Source: Camelus dromedarius (Eukaryota). From it: a stretch of 64,000 nt of DNA. Positions within the stretch are counted from its first letter, which is position 1. The number at the start of each line of letters is the position of its first letter. Where the stretch lies: positions 38,256,001 to 38,320,000 of the forward strand of contig NC_087436.1 in the NCBI RefSeq assembly GCF_036321535.1, in the 5' to 3' direction. Made by a program: the position numbers and the translations under genes. The notes below the pieces were generated by a model. That model ran no database searches and was not told the DNA's origin. It saw only the letters and a program-made list of their open reading frames with translations. Positions 35,311-47,884 of this stretch are shown here, in pieces.

Positions 35311-38300
35311 TAAGAAATGAAAGCAGACCACCACCCCTCCCCAGCCCACAAAAGAAACTGTTCCTAGTCTTTTATCTAATTCAACATTTGTTCCGAAAAA
35401 ATATTCTCAAAGTTTCCATTAAGGCACTAAAAATAAATCAAATGATCCATTAAGCACAAATCTCTTCCGAAACATTTCCTAATCTGGCCATGTTGTGTAG
35501 CTAGGCACAGGATGGTAGCGAACACATGTCTGGTCAATCAGATAGCTTTTCAGGTAACTCTAAAACTTAGTACTAGAGCTTGGAAGGTCACATGCTTTTA
35601 AGAATCCCTGGAGAACTGCTGCCTTTCACCATAGACCACTGGATCCAAACACTTGGCAACAGAAGCAAAACAAGCCACCCATGAATTTAACCACAATTAT
35701 ATTTTTTACTAAGAGAACTGAAATTTTGTTCCCAAGCAGTATTTTCTGCCTACTAAAGCCACTTCTGCTTTACCAGTTTGTTTAAAAAAGAAATGTTTCC
35801 AAATGGTCAGTGAAGCTTCTTTCATAAGAATACCTTACGGAAAGCTTTTCTGTAAAAGTCAAATGCTCTTTTTACTTTTATATGTATACTAAGAAAATTG
35901 ATTGATTTCATTGTCCTAAAGGAAAATAAATATACCTACACACACACTCACACTGGGATTGGAATTATTTTCCCTGAACTTTCTGAATACAAACTTGTTT
36001 CTTAAATAAGATCAATTTAAGAAACTTCAGTTCTAAAGAATTAATATTACAGTGTATTAAACTATTGCATACATGGAAAATTGAGCTGGTAAATATACTA
36101 ATGCTATTTGAAACCTTAGAGTAGACTTAGTAGGAATTAAAATTGTGACATAGTTGCAAATGAGTGTCAGAGTATTCATATGCATATCTGTACCATATAC
36201 CTCCAAGAACATATTAGGAGTCAGAGTAAGTTAAATAATTCCAGAACAATACAGGGCACATTTTCTTAAAATACAGGTTAAAATGACACCAAATTTAATG
36301 AAATTCTAAAGTCAAAATATAGACAAATTTAAACTCAGTGTTCTCAAGGAAAAATATTTCACAACCCTGCCATCAATGCTTAACATGCACTCATCAACTC
36401 TCCCCATCCCTCACCATCTCTTGAATCCCAAATCCTGGCAGAAGTTTTAATGTGCAGGAGCCTTGATTAACTGCTGAGGATTTATTGAGTGCTTAGTAAA
36501 CAGGGCACTCAATTTTCAGAGATTACAAGTAAAATATATATAAAACAATAATATGTATCATCCAAATGCATAACCCATAAAATAGCTATCAAATAAAACT
36601 CTTTCATATCCTGTAAACTCAAAGTTTATAGCTGATGGATGAGGTATATCTAAATTAATTCTTGCCCTCAAGATCTTTGAAAATACTGAAACATAAAATA
36701 GGTTAAGTATTGTTTTGAAATAAATTCAATCTAATTCTTCAAAAATTTTATTAAGTATACATTTTCTTTTCAATAATTTAACTCTTTCAACTACAAGGAA
36801 AAAAACCACCAAATTAGAAACCTCAAATTTAGCAGAGTGTTATTTATAAAGATTAAGAGAATATTAGGCCATTATTTCTTCTTCTGACTCTCATTTGAAG
36901 GTGATTTTTCAGTCTGTTTAGAGGGAAGGAAAGTTGAATGAATATTTCATTACAGAGGAGATAAGGGAAAGAAGCAAAAGTAATATATGAAGACAAGACA
37001 GAAATAATGAAATAGGAAGCCAGTTAGATGAACATGGTATTAACAAAGGAATGAAAATATGGGGCTTTGTGGAATATTTCCATCTTTTTACTAAAATTAT
37101 AAAATGAAAAAGGGAGTAAGGAAAGTTGGACATTTTATAGCACCTACCAGCCCATACTTTGTAGCCAGTTCAACTAGATAGAGTGAGTTGGAATACAATG
37201 ATGATTTTGCCTAAAATTGAACAAATTAATTCTTTTTAGTTTTGTTTTAATTTAGAAATTTTAACATTAGAAAGTTCCTCTCTTAGAACTGTTCCCTCTC
37301 TAACAACAGGGAATGCACTCACAGAATGCCTTGCCAGTTGTCTTATGGTGTAAGTAAAGTTACTATTTTTCTCTTACTATATATTGAGAAGAAACAGTGA
37401 AAATAGTAAATTATTACAACATAAAAGTTGGGCAGAGTTCCATTTCCCAAGCCAAGCACCCAAGGGTCAAAATTAAAGACAACCTGGGGGAAGAAAAGGC
37501 ATTCCTCTAATTTAAATGTTTAATCTTCATAAGGTAAAAGTTATGTTGGGAAACATTTAAAGAAAGGTTGTTTTAATTAGTCCATTTTTAAACAGCCCCT
37601 GGTTATTTCTGCTTTTCTAAAAATGAAAACACAATTAGACAAGAATGTGAAATCACTCAATAAAAGTTTTAAACATGTTTCTGTTTTAAATCTAGCAAAA
37701 GAAGTTTTCAATGGATGTACTAGACATCATTATACCATTAGAAACCACAAAAAGTGGAAGGAGAAAGATTGGTCACTTCTCACAATTAGTGTGTTCACTC
37801 ACGCAGTCCATTCAGAGGAGGATAATTTCCCAAGCTTAAAAAAATCCATAGACACTTCTAGAAAACCCCAAACTATCACAATTGCAAACTGACGTAAACT
37901 AAATCTTTAGTTTCCTTCATGGGTTTCAAAATGAACAGAAATTCCAAAATTTATCCAAATTACAAGCTCTGGTTTTTCCCCTTCTCAGTTGTTAGTTGTA
38001 TTAAAAAGCAAAAGGTACAAAAAACTTCTGTTTTTGGAATTCATCAACAATCCAAACCACATAATTTTTCTTTCCTCAAGATTACACTTAGGTTGACCAT
38101 AAATAAATGTATTTCTTTGTTAACTTGGTTCCAAAATTATCTTTCCTCTTATTTTGAATTACCACGTTACAATTTATGTGCAGACATGTTAACTTGGGAT
38201 TCAATTTCTGGCTGTCATAAATGCATTGTTTATGTATAAGCAAGGGAAGAGGAAGATCTTAAGCTGGAGGGGTGTCCAGGAGGTACTGAAATAGGGTATG

Positions 38301-39149
38301 TTCATTAGAGGTCATCTTGCATGAGAGACTGAAGAGCCTGCTGAAGAGAACTTTTCCAATGAGAGAACAAAGGCAGGCATACAAATCAGGTCCCATTACA
38401 AGGCTTTGGAAACCATGGAGAAAGGTGGACTTTACTGAGTATTACATGGTGACAAGGGATATGTTCGTAGCCAAGTCTCCCAGGGATTCATGTTTGAGTC
38501 CTTTGATGATGGTATTAAGCTATAGGCTAAAATATAAATAGTTGTTTTCTTTAAAAAAAAAAAAGGCATTGAGGAAAAAGCAGCACTGTTTTGGTAGCTT
38601 TGTGCTTTGTATAACATGAAGGAACAGGGAAGCATTTATAAATGGACTTGGTTTCAAGGCATCAAGAACATTAGAAAATACAGAACAGTTATAATAGCCT
38701 GAGAGAGAAACATGAATTATTTACTGGGAGCAGTGGTGCTCTGCTAAGGAGAACTTGGATCACAGTCCTTGACACCTGTTGGGAAGGACAGGTAACTGTA
38801 AGCATACCTAGGACTGTGGAAAGTTTCCAAGTCACATCTTTATGGGTATAGTATATTTCTTCATGGAAGGCTATGTAAAGAGAAGATATTAGCAGGTTCC
38901 AGGTGGTAGCCAACAGAACTTACTCATATGCACACCTGAGACATGTCCAAGACATCTCAGGAATAGCAGAAGAAGTGGGAGATCTTTGGGTAGACTATAT
39001 AAATCCTATAAAAAGTGGGGAGTGAGGGCCTGAGCTACAACTGATTAATAGGATTTCATTCTAAACCTGGTGCTGGTATAAATTTGGGAAACATAATGTC
39101 ATTCTATATTACATGTACTTAACCCCTCTTCAGATAAATGTGCCAAAAC

Positions 39150-39262
39150 ACTAACAACTTGTGAATTTAAGTGAAGGATGTGAAGATGTTAATGGTACTC
39201 TTCTTTCAACTTTTCTGTAGATTTATAAATTTCCAAAATAAAGTATTCAAAGAATAAAAAGA
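39150..39262 (+). mobile_element. L1MC/ME-type extreme 3' end
   Basis: gtgaaggatgtgaagatgtt..gtactcttctttcaacttttctgtagattt..tttccaaaataaa. Confidence 0.65.
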
Positions 39263-39749
39263 TGCATTTCTTGTATTTCAAAATTTCAGTTTTGAAATTC
39301 AGTAAATAAAATATCATGAATTTAGTAAATAAATGAAATATCACAAATCCATCCTGTTTTGATTCACTGTGTACTGATAATAAATATAATCAAATCTACA
39401 AAGAAATATTAACACTTAGGACCTATGATCAGAGGAAAGTTTTTAATAAATTCAAACTTCAATATAACATATATTTTAACACAATGAAATACAATAGAAT
39501 AATCATAAGGGACTTTCAAGGATTACAAGGAGAAATAAAATGGCAATATGAGTTCAAAAATAAAAAAGAAAGAATGTAAAATTTCCAACCGTTAAAGAGC
39601 CTTTTCAAATAATTGCTTACGTGGATGACAGATATCTAATCACTACGATATTTGCTTTGGCGTATCTCTGGTTTGACCCGTTAAGAGCTATTTGCTGGTG
39701 ATCATGTGCTCCTTATTTCCAAGATCCTAAGAAGACACTTGCAACACTA

Positions 39750-40306
39750 TAGACACACCCTGTTTTACTATGCTTCACAGACACTGCATTTTGTACAAAT
39801 TGGAAGATGTGTGGCAACCCCACAAGGAGCAAGTCTACTGGTGCCATTTTTCCAACACCATTTACTCACTTCATGTCTCTGTGTTAGTCTGGTAATTCTC
39901 ACAAAATTTCAAATTTTCTCATTATTATTATTATATTTGTTATGATGATCTGTGATTAGTGATCTTTGATCTTACTTGCTGAAGTATGTATTTTTGATGG
40001 ACTCGCTGAATTTTATTCATTTTTTATTTTGAATATATTTTGATGAACTCAAAAAAGTATTTTGATGGACTTGCTAAAGGCTTCAGATGATGGTTAGCAT
40101 TTTTTAGCAAAAAAAGTGTTTTTTAATTAAGGTATGCACTTTTTTAGGCATAATGTTACTGCACACTTAATAGGCTACAGTATAGTGTAAACATAATTTT
40201 TACAACCACCAAGAAACCGAAAACCTTATGTGCCTGGCTTTATCACTTTATTTGTTCTATTACAGTGGTCGGGAACCCAACCTGAAGCATCTTCAAGGTA
40301 TGCCTG
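39750..40306 (+). mobile_element. Internally deleted Tigger1 (TcMar-Tigger) non-autonomous element
   Basis: Tigger1 left end (tgtggcaaccc..agcaagtcta..ccatttttccaac..gatctttgat) joined to right end (tcagatgatggttagcattttttagcaa..tacagtatagtgtaaacataa..aggtatgcctg); TA at the left flank. Confidence 0.9.
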
Positions 40307-40493
40307 CACATGAAACAGTCCTCTTTGTCCTCAGGTTAAAGATATATAATGTTAAGACTGTTGTGTTCTGACTTGTTACGATTTCAAATCCATGTTTTGA
40401 AAGCTTGTTTTGGACAAAGTTGTTTCTGGTTTGAACTTGTTTTGATGAAACTGTTTTGAAGTTGGATATTAGGACTTTATTGAATTCTCATAC

Positions 40494-40959
40494 CTCAAGT
40501 GGAAAGGACTATTTCATCACTGACACCATGGTAAAGGCAGCAGTGTCCATCACGTGACAGACATTTAAACTTTGAAAACCAAGAGGTTGGATGAGCAGCT
40601 GCAGAGTGTTCAGTCTCGGCAAGGCTGATCTAAACAGCTCTCCATAGATTTTGAGACACTTGCTCCTTTACGGCCAGGCTATTCTTGGTGGGCTGTGGTG
40701 TTAAACTGCTCAGCAGTCTCAGGAAGAGAAGGGACATCCGTTCTTGCCTCGGCGAGGCCACTCTTCAGAGACAGTGGCACAAGCTGTACAACCATCCCTA
40801 GAGTAGTGACCCTCAGAGCAGCCACCTTGCCTGCCAACACTGGTACCACTGCCCGCTTGCTTCACGCCCCAGAAACGAGGTACCCAAGTTGGCAGCTGAT
40901 GCCCAGCGTTTCGTTGGAAGGACTGATTCTACAGAGAACCAACTCATTGAAAGGTACGT
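40494..40959. other. CpG-retaining, GC-richer unique island with splice signals on both strands (candidate exon or regulatory element)
   Basis: About a dozen CpGs in ~410 nt; ATCACGTGAC E-box; plus-strand donor AAG|GTACGT at 40953/40954; minus-strand acceptor at 40929/40928 and donor GAG|GTATGA at 40494/40493. Confidence 0.4.
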
Positions 40960-42509
40960 CTCAACTAAATTTGGACTTCTTTCATCTCCCCCTTGTCTGG
41001 AATCGTAGTGTAATTAATCTACCACTGATTTGGAGGAGGTTATTTCTTTATTGGCTTATTAAGATATATGGTCCTATATGCTATTATCTTGTGAAATATT
41101 ATTATAAATTATAATCCCTACAGTAAACCTCTGTTAAATAAATCATTGGCAAAGACAATCTCAGTCTCGGCAAAATTTGCTTCCAATAAAACAAGGTTTT
41201 AAGGCTTTTCACCACTAAGTATGTGAAACCAGTCCTGTCCTTTGAGTTTTCCTGCATTTCCCTTTGCGCAGCCTCTTCTTATTGGGGATCTTTATAGGCC
41301 TTGTGCTGTTTTTAAGCTGAATGACTGTTGTCATTGTTACAAATTCTAATAACCGACAAAATCTGAAAGAGCCCAACTACAATGGTGAGCATTTTTCAAA
41401 ATAAGGACTTTCCATGACTTACTTTGGGTCCTGAAACCTTAGAAATTATCACTTGAACAAAACATTTTCAGTTTTATAAGCTGACAATCAAAATTGTATA
41501 GACTCACCTCAGTTGCAGAGCTTGGAACAGGATTGAATTCGATTTACTCCATGGTGACAGAAGGGGATTTTCTTTTCTCTCAATAAGTTTGTTTTGTTCC
41601 CACCATCCATGTTTCAGGAGGTGGAATGATAGAGAGAGGGATGTCTTTGGGAAATAAGTTGTCAAGCTAACAACACGTTAAAGTTATACCATGAGAACTG
41701 GCCAAGATCAGAAGATGGAGATCTGTTTGTTTTATAAATGGATGTTTGGGGAATCTGAAGGATTTAAAGCTTTCATCATTCATAGATCTGAGCAGCTCCC
41801 CAGGGACAGAGCCAGGAATAATAGAGACATTACTAAGGAAAAAGAGGTGAGAGCCACCTACAGAACGGGTGAGGAAAACAAAGGAAATCATAGGGAGTAA
41901 GAAGAGAAAGAGCAGACAGCAAGAAAAGGGATTCCAAGATGGTCACAGGACTGAAACGATTCAATGTGGGATAGGGACAGGGGGTATGAGGTATATCTAT
42001 GCATACGAGGATTTAAATGTTTATATATACAACATGTGTATTCATATTATATATATTTCTAAATGTTTTTATTGTCCTATCAATTTCACAATATATAAAT
42101 AATCATCTGATTTTTTCTTTTTGGTATTGGGTATTACCCATATACCATTCCAGATATCACAGGCATAAATTCAGGAATACATCAGTATCAATATTACTGA
42201 TTTGACATTTTTACTATTTTTAAAAGAAGCATCTTTCTTCTTCTGGAAAATAAAATCCAATTAATTTGGCTTAAAAGTGTTACAATACCAAAGTAACATT
42301 AACCTCTCTGAAAATTCAGATAGAATAGTTTCTAACACATTAAAAACTTAGTTTATAGTAATTGTAATATGCTATGCATTTATTAAAATATAAAATATTG
42401 AAAACATTCACAAATAATTCATTATCAAAGATATGCTTTCCAGGTTTTCACATGACACTACAAACCATACTCATTTCAAAGAAAAATATGTGTCTGTGAG
42501 TTAGAAAAC

Positions 42510-43130
42510 ATTGCACTATTTCAGCCAACCTCCATTTAACTACTACTCTGTTGCCAAAATAACTGAGGTTCTCCATTTCCCAGTGAGTTATATTATTGTT
42601 GCCTACAGGACATTAACTCCTTGTATTTAATAATAAACTTTACAAAATACTTGTGCCCACTAGCTACTACCAGTTGAATTGTATGCTCACCAAGAATTGT
42701 TTACAATTCTGTTTGTGTACGCTTTGTTATAATTATTAAAGTTAATCAAATATTATGCAGTGATGACAATAAAAAATATGGAGTTGTTTCTATGAAAATT
42801 AAGTCAAAATCTTTGGAAAGACTCAATAAACTCCGGTCTCTAAAAACAGAAAAATGCAATTGAATTAAATATGAGTAATACAGCTATAACATAATAAGGA
42901 AAAGAATAAAGCAGTGAAAGAATTCTGAATTAAATTGCTGCACAGCTTTCCTGCACTTTCAAGGGTATATTTTTTGAAAGAAGGAAAATCCATCTACATC
43001 ATTCAATCAATGAATGAACTTATGTATGTATAAATTTTAAATACATTTGTATCACTTTCAAATATAATTTTTCATTTATATACCTTTTTCAATTTCCTAC
43101 AAACCACTGTGAACTGATTCTTTCAGCATC
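42510..43130 (+). mobile_element. Ancient Tigger-family element (Tigger13a-like) with transposase N-terminal remnant
   Basis: gttgtttctatgaaaattaagtcaaaatctttggaaagactcaataaa translates to VVSMKIKSKSLERLNK, like the pogo/CENP-B-type N-terminal HTH; boundaries uncertain. Confidence 0.55.
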
Positions 43131-45089
43131 CACTGTACTTTTGAGTTAAAATTTATTTGGAACGACAGTGTTTTGAAATTCTTATTACAGAGATGGAAAA
43201 AATTAAATTTATTAAAATATTATTTATTTTGGATTGGTTATAGAGAAGTAAAAGTTAGTGGAAACATTTAATGAATATCAATTAAAACAAAACAAAACAA
43301 AACAAAAAAACCTCAAACCAAAACAAAAAGCTTCCAGGATCTTGACTTATCTACCTAACAAAAAATAGAGAAAACTGAGCTTGCCCCATAAAATGATAAG
43401 ATACAGTCTCTCTCATCAAATATTGACACAAACAAAAGGAATCTTGTTAAGCTGTTCCAAATTCAGCTAATATAAATATCATCGCTAGTATGGGAGGCAG
43501 TCTGGGCATGTACACGTGCATCAGGCTGTCGTAACTGAGGCCAACCAACTACAGAGACCTATGTAGTCATGGAAACTATGAGTGAAGGGGTGTTTCCAAG
43601 ACTGATGGAAACTTTGCTCTGCAACTTTATTTTTCACTAGCCATTGTTTGTTAACAGGACTATATGTTTATAAAAACAAAGGCTAAAAATATTTTTATAA
43701 TCAAACTCTGCTAACAGTTGACAGCTTTTCATGCAACAGTTAGTCTCACTCCCCAAACACAGTTTTATTGCCACACCTGGTCTTTCCTTGACTTTCAGAC
43801 AGTTTTAGAAACTATGCCACACTGCCTACTAGTCTGCACTTTTTTTTTCTTTTATTTCACTCTTTCCTCTTCTTACAAGTATTTTTATGGGTTCATTCTT
43901 CTTCTTTCACACTATCTGGAGCTCTGTGTTACTGCTTCCTGTAATTAAGATGTATGATCCCTTCCCTCAAAGGAGGGCTATTAACTACTGGTAAAGAAAA
44001 GAGTGTTTGGATTGAAACTAGGAGAAATAAAATGTTGGCAGACATTTAGGGGATGATGAATTCTTCAGTGTGACTAAAGTGCTGGGCTGGATAAGGATAA
44101 GGATAGGATGTGGAAGGATAAGGGAATCTGGGGGCCAAGTTATGTGAGAGTATTAGAAACAAATCCTCTTCTAATGAGAAGTTCAACTAATTGCAGATAT
44201 TTCAAAAAATACCAGAAATTGTAATTGCATCAAAAATCATGCTCCTTGATAAATACAAATACAACAGGTCTTTTTTTTTTTTTTTTATAGCCAAGAGCTA
44301 AAAATTAACAATGAAAGTGTAGGAAAAAACTTTTCTAGCTTTAAGGCAAATTTAATTTAGGTCAAGCTCCAAGATAAATAAAATTAACTTATTTAACTTG
44401 CTTATTATAATATTTACTCTTTCTTCTCAATATTTCTTATTGCTTCTCTCATTTTAAAGGAATCGTGGCTCTATACCTGCATCTCTTCTTTTTCGTTTGT
44501 TTGCTTGTTTCCATCTACAAAATGTGCGGTTCAGGCATTTTTCTTCATGATACAAGACAGAAACCTCTAGGAAAATGAGTGACTTGTAGATCAAATAAAA
44601 ATAGTAATTTTATAGTTAGTAACATTATCCAGTATCATTTAACTCCAATTTAAAAAGGATTAGCTATTGATTTCCACAAGATCTTAAAACCAGTGAACAC
44701 CTTCTCTCAGAAAGGAGAGGTCTGAGCATCTGTTGGACTTTGTAAGGACCGTGACTTCTTGGAGACAGAACTTGGAAGCCAGTCAATTAAGGTGATGTAC
44801 ACAGAGGTCATGTGGATCAGCGTCCTCAGGTTAATGGGCTGTAGTTTCTTTGTTTGGAATTCCACATACCAGACTAGTATTTTAAAACTTTGATTGGCTG
44901 TTGTTTTTATCGTGAAAAAAGGAGAAAAGAGTTGGTCTGAATTTTAAATTGTGTTTTCTCAGTCTATCCCTGTTTCATAATTCTTTCTCATCCATCAATC
45001 ACAGCAATCCATAAGGAGACCTAGAGAGATGTGAAAACAGGGTAGAAGTCTGCTCACCACACACGCGTTCAAGTCTTTTCTGGCTTCCA

Positions 45090-45690
45090 GCCCTCAATTT
45101 CATGTAATCACAGATTTCTTGGTGGAGTTCAGGTCAACTCTTCCTGAACTCCACTTCCTCAGAGAGACCTTCCCTGACCTGCCTATTAAAGCAACACAAC
45201 CCACCCCAATTCCACTCACTTTCCGGCTCTTCATCTTACTTGAGTTTTCTTCACAGCATTGTCTCCATATAAAATAATAGCTTATACTTACTCACTTATT
45301 TACAATACTCATAAGAGCTAACTTATTTCACTCCCAATATGAGTCAGGTACTCTTTTCAATGTTCTACAAATACTAAGTCTTCTGACCCTCACAGAACCC
45401 TGGGAGTAGAAACTAATGCCCTTCTCTTTTAACCGATAGAAACAAGTACTGGAGGTTTAATAACTTGCCCAAGGTTACACAGGCAGAGCCAGATTACCTC
45501 CAAGAAGTCTGACTCCAGAGCCTGGCTCCCCACTAAAGAGTTACCCAACCTCCAAAAGGGCAGGAATTTTATTTCTTCCACCAGTATGTTTCCTATAGCC
45601 AAAACTGTACCTAGGACAAAGAGGCTATTCAATCAGCACTGTATTTGTAGAACGAATAAATGGATGAACGAATGAACGAACGAATGAGTA
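45090..45690 (+). mobile_element. L2 3' end, interrupted by a MIR
   Basis: ttcaggtcaactc..cacttcctcagagagaccttccctgacc..; resumes agggcaggaatttt..tcctatagcc..tatttgtagaacgaataaatggatgaacgaatgaa tail. Confidence 0.8.
45308..45536 (-). mobile_element. MIR SINE nested in L2
   Basis: cctcacagaaccctggg..taacttgcccaaggttacacag..agtctgactccagagcctgg. Confidence 0.8.
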
Positions 45691-46999
45691 AGAGGGTGAA
45701 GGTGTGAGCCTAGAGGAATTAGGAAACAAGTTAATTTCACATAGCATGTCAAACCTGGATCAGCAGCATTCCAGAACATTCAAATTAGCAAAGATAGCAA
45801 CGTCAGGATATGAGTAATTAGTTAAGTGTAACAGAACTAACTCTGTTCTGAACTTTTAAAATCATTTTACTCAGTCTGATCTGTAAAGATTTTCATGTTG
45901 AATACCCTCTTCCTTAGGTAGTCAGTATCTCTAATCTTTTTTGAGCTTTTTTGATAAAAATGAGTATACCAAGGTCATAAATAGTTTGAATTTTTCAGTA
46001 TTGCCTCTGTTTTTAATCATAGAGGGGAAAACCTACAACAAAATCCTGTTTCTCATATAAAGTAATATGATTACTGTGTCAGAAGGATCTAAGTAAATGT
46101 TTGATTAAAATGCTAGAAGAGATGCTGTCAGTGAAAACTGCTAAACCATAGCATGCTGTGTTAAGAGACACTGTTCTTAGGAGGAGGTACAATTTCCATT
46201 TTAAAATTATTGAAGATGGTTTATGTGCATAATTTGGAGGGCAAGATAAAGGACAACATGAGCAATTTTTGGAATAAGATGAATCTGCATAAATTGAAGT
46301 TATACAACTGGTTTAAAGGGAGACAGAAAGTTAAAAATGAAAGTTTTTGCTCTAATTTCTCTTATGTAGACCAGAGCTTATTAACTGGGGTTTAAATGAA
46401 GTCAGGATATATGACATATTTTTCAACTGCAATCCTTAAAGTAGTGGCTTTCAACTTTTCAAATAATGCTGTAATATTTGGGAGAATTGCCATAGTGGAA
46501 GACTGCTAGAATTCAGAGCTCATGCCAACTTCAGGGTTTACAAACATTACCTTTATTAGAAAATGTTTGTAAAAAGAATACGCTATATGGAATCAAGGTT
46601 AGCCAACTTAATAAAAATCAGAGCTAACTAGACTGAAGTCAGAGTAGGTCTGACTTGGTCAGAATTGGTCACTCCTTCTCCTCTGTGTGGTCCCTGAGGA
46701 ACTGTAAGATACCATAAACACAGGCACCGCTGTGCTAGTTGGATAGACTAGCAACCCTTTTTTTAACATGGAAAAGTTTATGAAGCATAAAATCACTACA
46801 AGTTATCTAATAGTACAAAAAATCCTGTAATTTTTAACTGTCCTTTGACCCCAAAGCTGATTTGTGTGAAGTGTATCTAAGATAAAATTAGTTTTCTTAC
46901 CAATAACCACCAAAAACTTTGTAAAACCCCAACAAAAGTTTCTATATTGTAAAGGGACAATATGCTTTGGAGTCAGTAAATCTATGCTTGACCTCTACC

Positions 47000-47700
47000 T
47001 GGCACATACTAGATACCCCACAAACTCAGCTCTATTATTATTTTCTGCAATCACCTCATCTGCATGTATCGGATCTCTCTCCTGTCCCTTCTCGCTTGCA
47101 TCTGTTCCTTATGAATCCCTCTCACGTTCTTGCCTTCACCACCGTGGAGCTCCACATTCTTTGCCTTGATTCTCTTGGCTTACATAAGCTTCTACCTAGC
47201 AACTGTCAGTAAGCATCTTCTCAGGCAGTACACATCACCAGAGTGTACACATCACACTCACCTGTCCACTTTACTTTGGAGCAGTGCTACCTAAAAAGAG
47301 GCAGATGCTAACTGCTTAACTTCTACTGAAACGTCACATCTGATTCTTCTCCTTTCTTTGTGTATTAACTTAGAGGCTTTCTTAGACCCTCTGGCATAGA
47401 TCTCATACTCTTCTTCCATAGCACTTTCCACTGCTGCACTTAATATTAGACCTGTCCTCTCTATCTTTCACAAGATATATTTTCACTATGTTTCTTAGTT
47501 GGGCAATATTTGATTGGTATCTCTCTCCCCAACTAACCTATTTGGTCTATGAAGGAAAAGACACTGTTGTAGTTTGGCGCCTCTTGGAGTTAGGCAAAAT
47601 GGTGGCCCATATCAGTCTCATTTAACATTTTGATGTGCATAAAGTAAGCACTCAGGCAGTATATATTTATCAAGTGTATGAGTGGATGAATGAATGAATA
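47000..47700 (+). mobile_element. L2 3' region
   Basis: Pyrimidine-rich L2 body ending aagtaagcactcag..atatttatcaagtg..gtggatgaatgaatgaa. Confidence 0.65.
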
Positions 47701-47884
47701 TCTTTCTGCTCTGAAAATGTATTAAATAATTCAAACTACTTCTCTCTGAAATCTGAAGTCTCCAAAAAAGTAGCCTCCTTGAGTGAAGTCTTCCAATAAT
47801 TCCCAGATGTCCCTAGAGTACATTAAAATTCATCAAAAACCTTATATGGCTTTTGAAAGACCATGCAGGGAAAATAATTATAAT

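Noticed and set aside
40695..41114. 139-aa ORF as a standalone gene
   Set aside because: It starts at GTG, reads through a strong donor into AT-rich sequence and has no recognisable homology. Only the exon-like part is kept as a finding.
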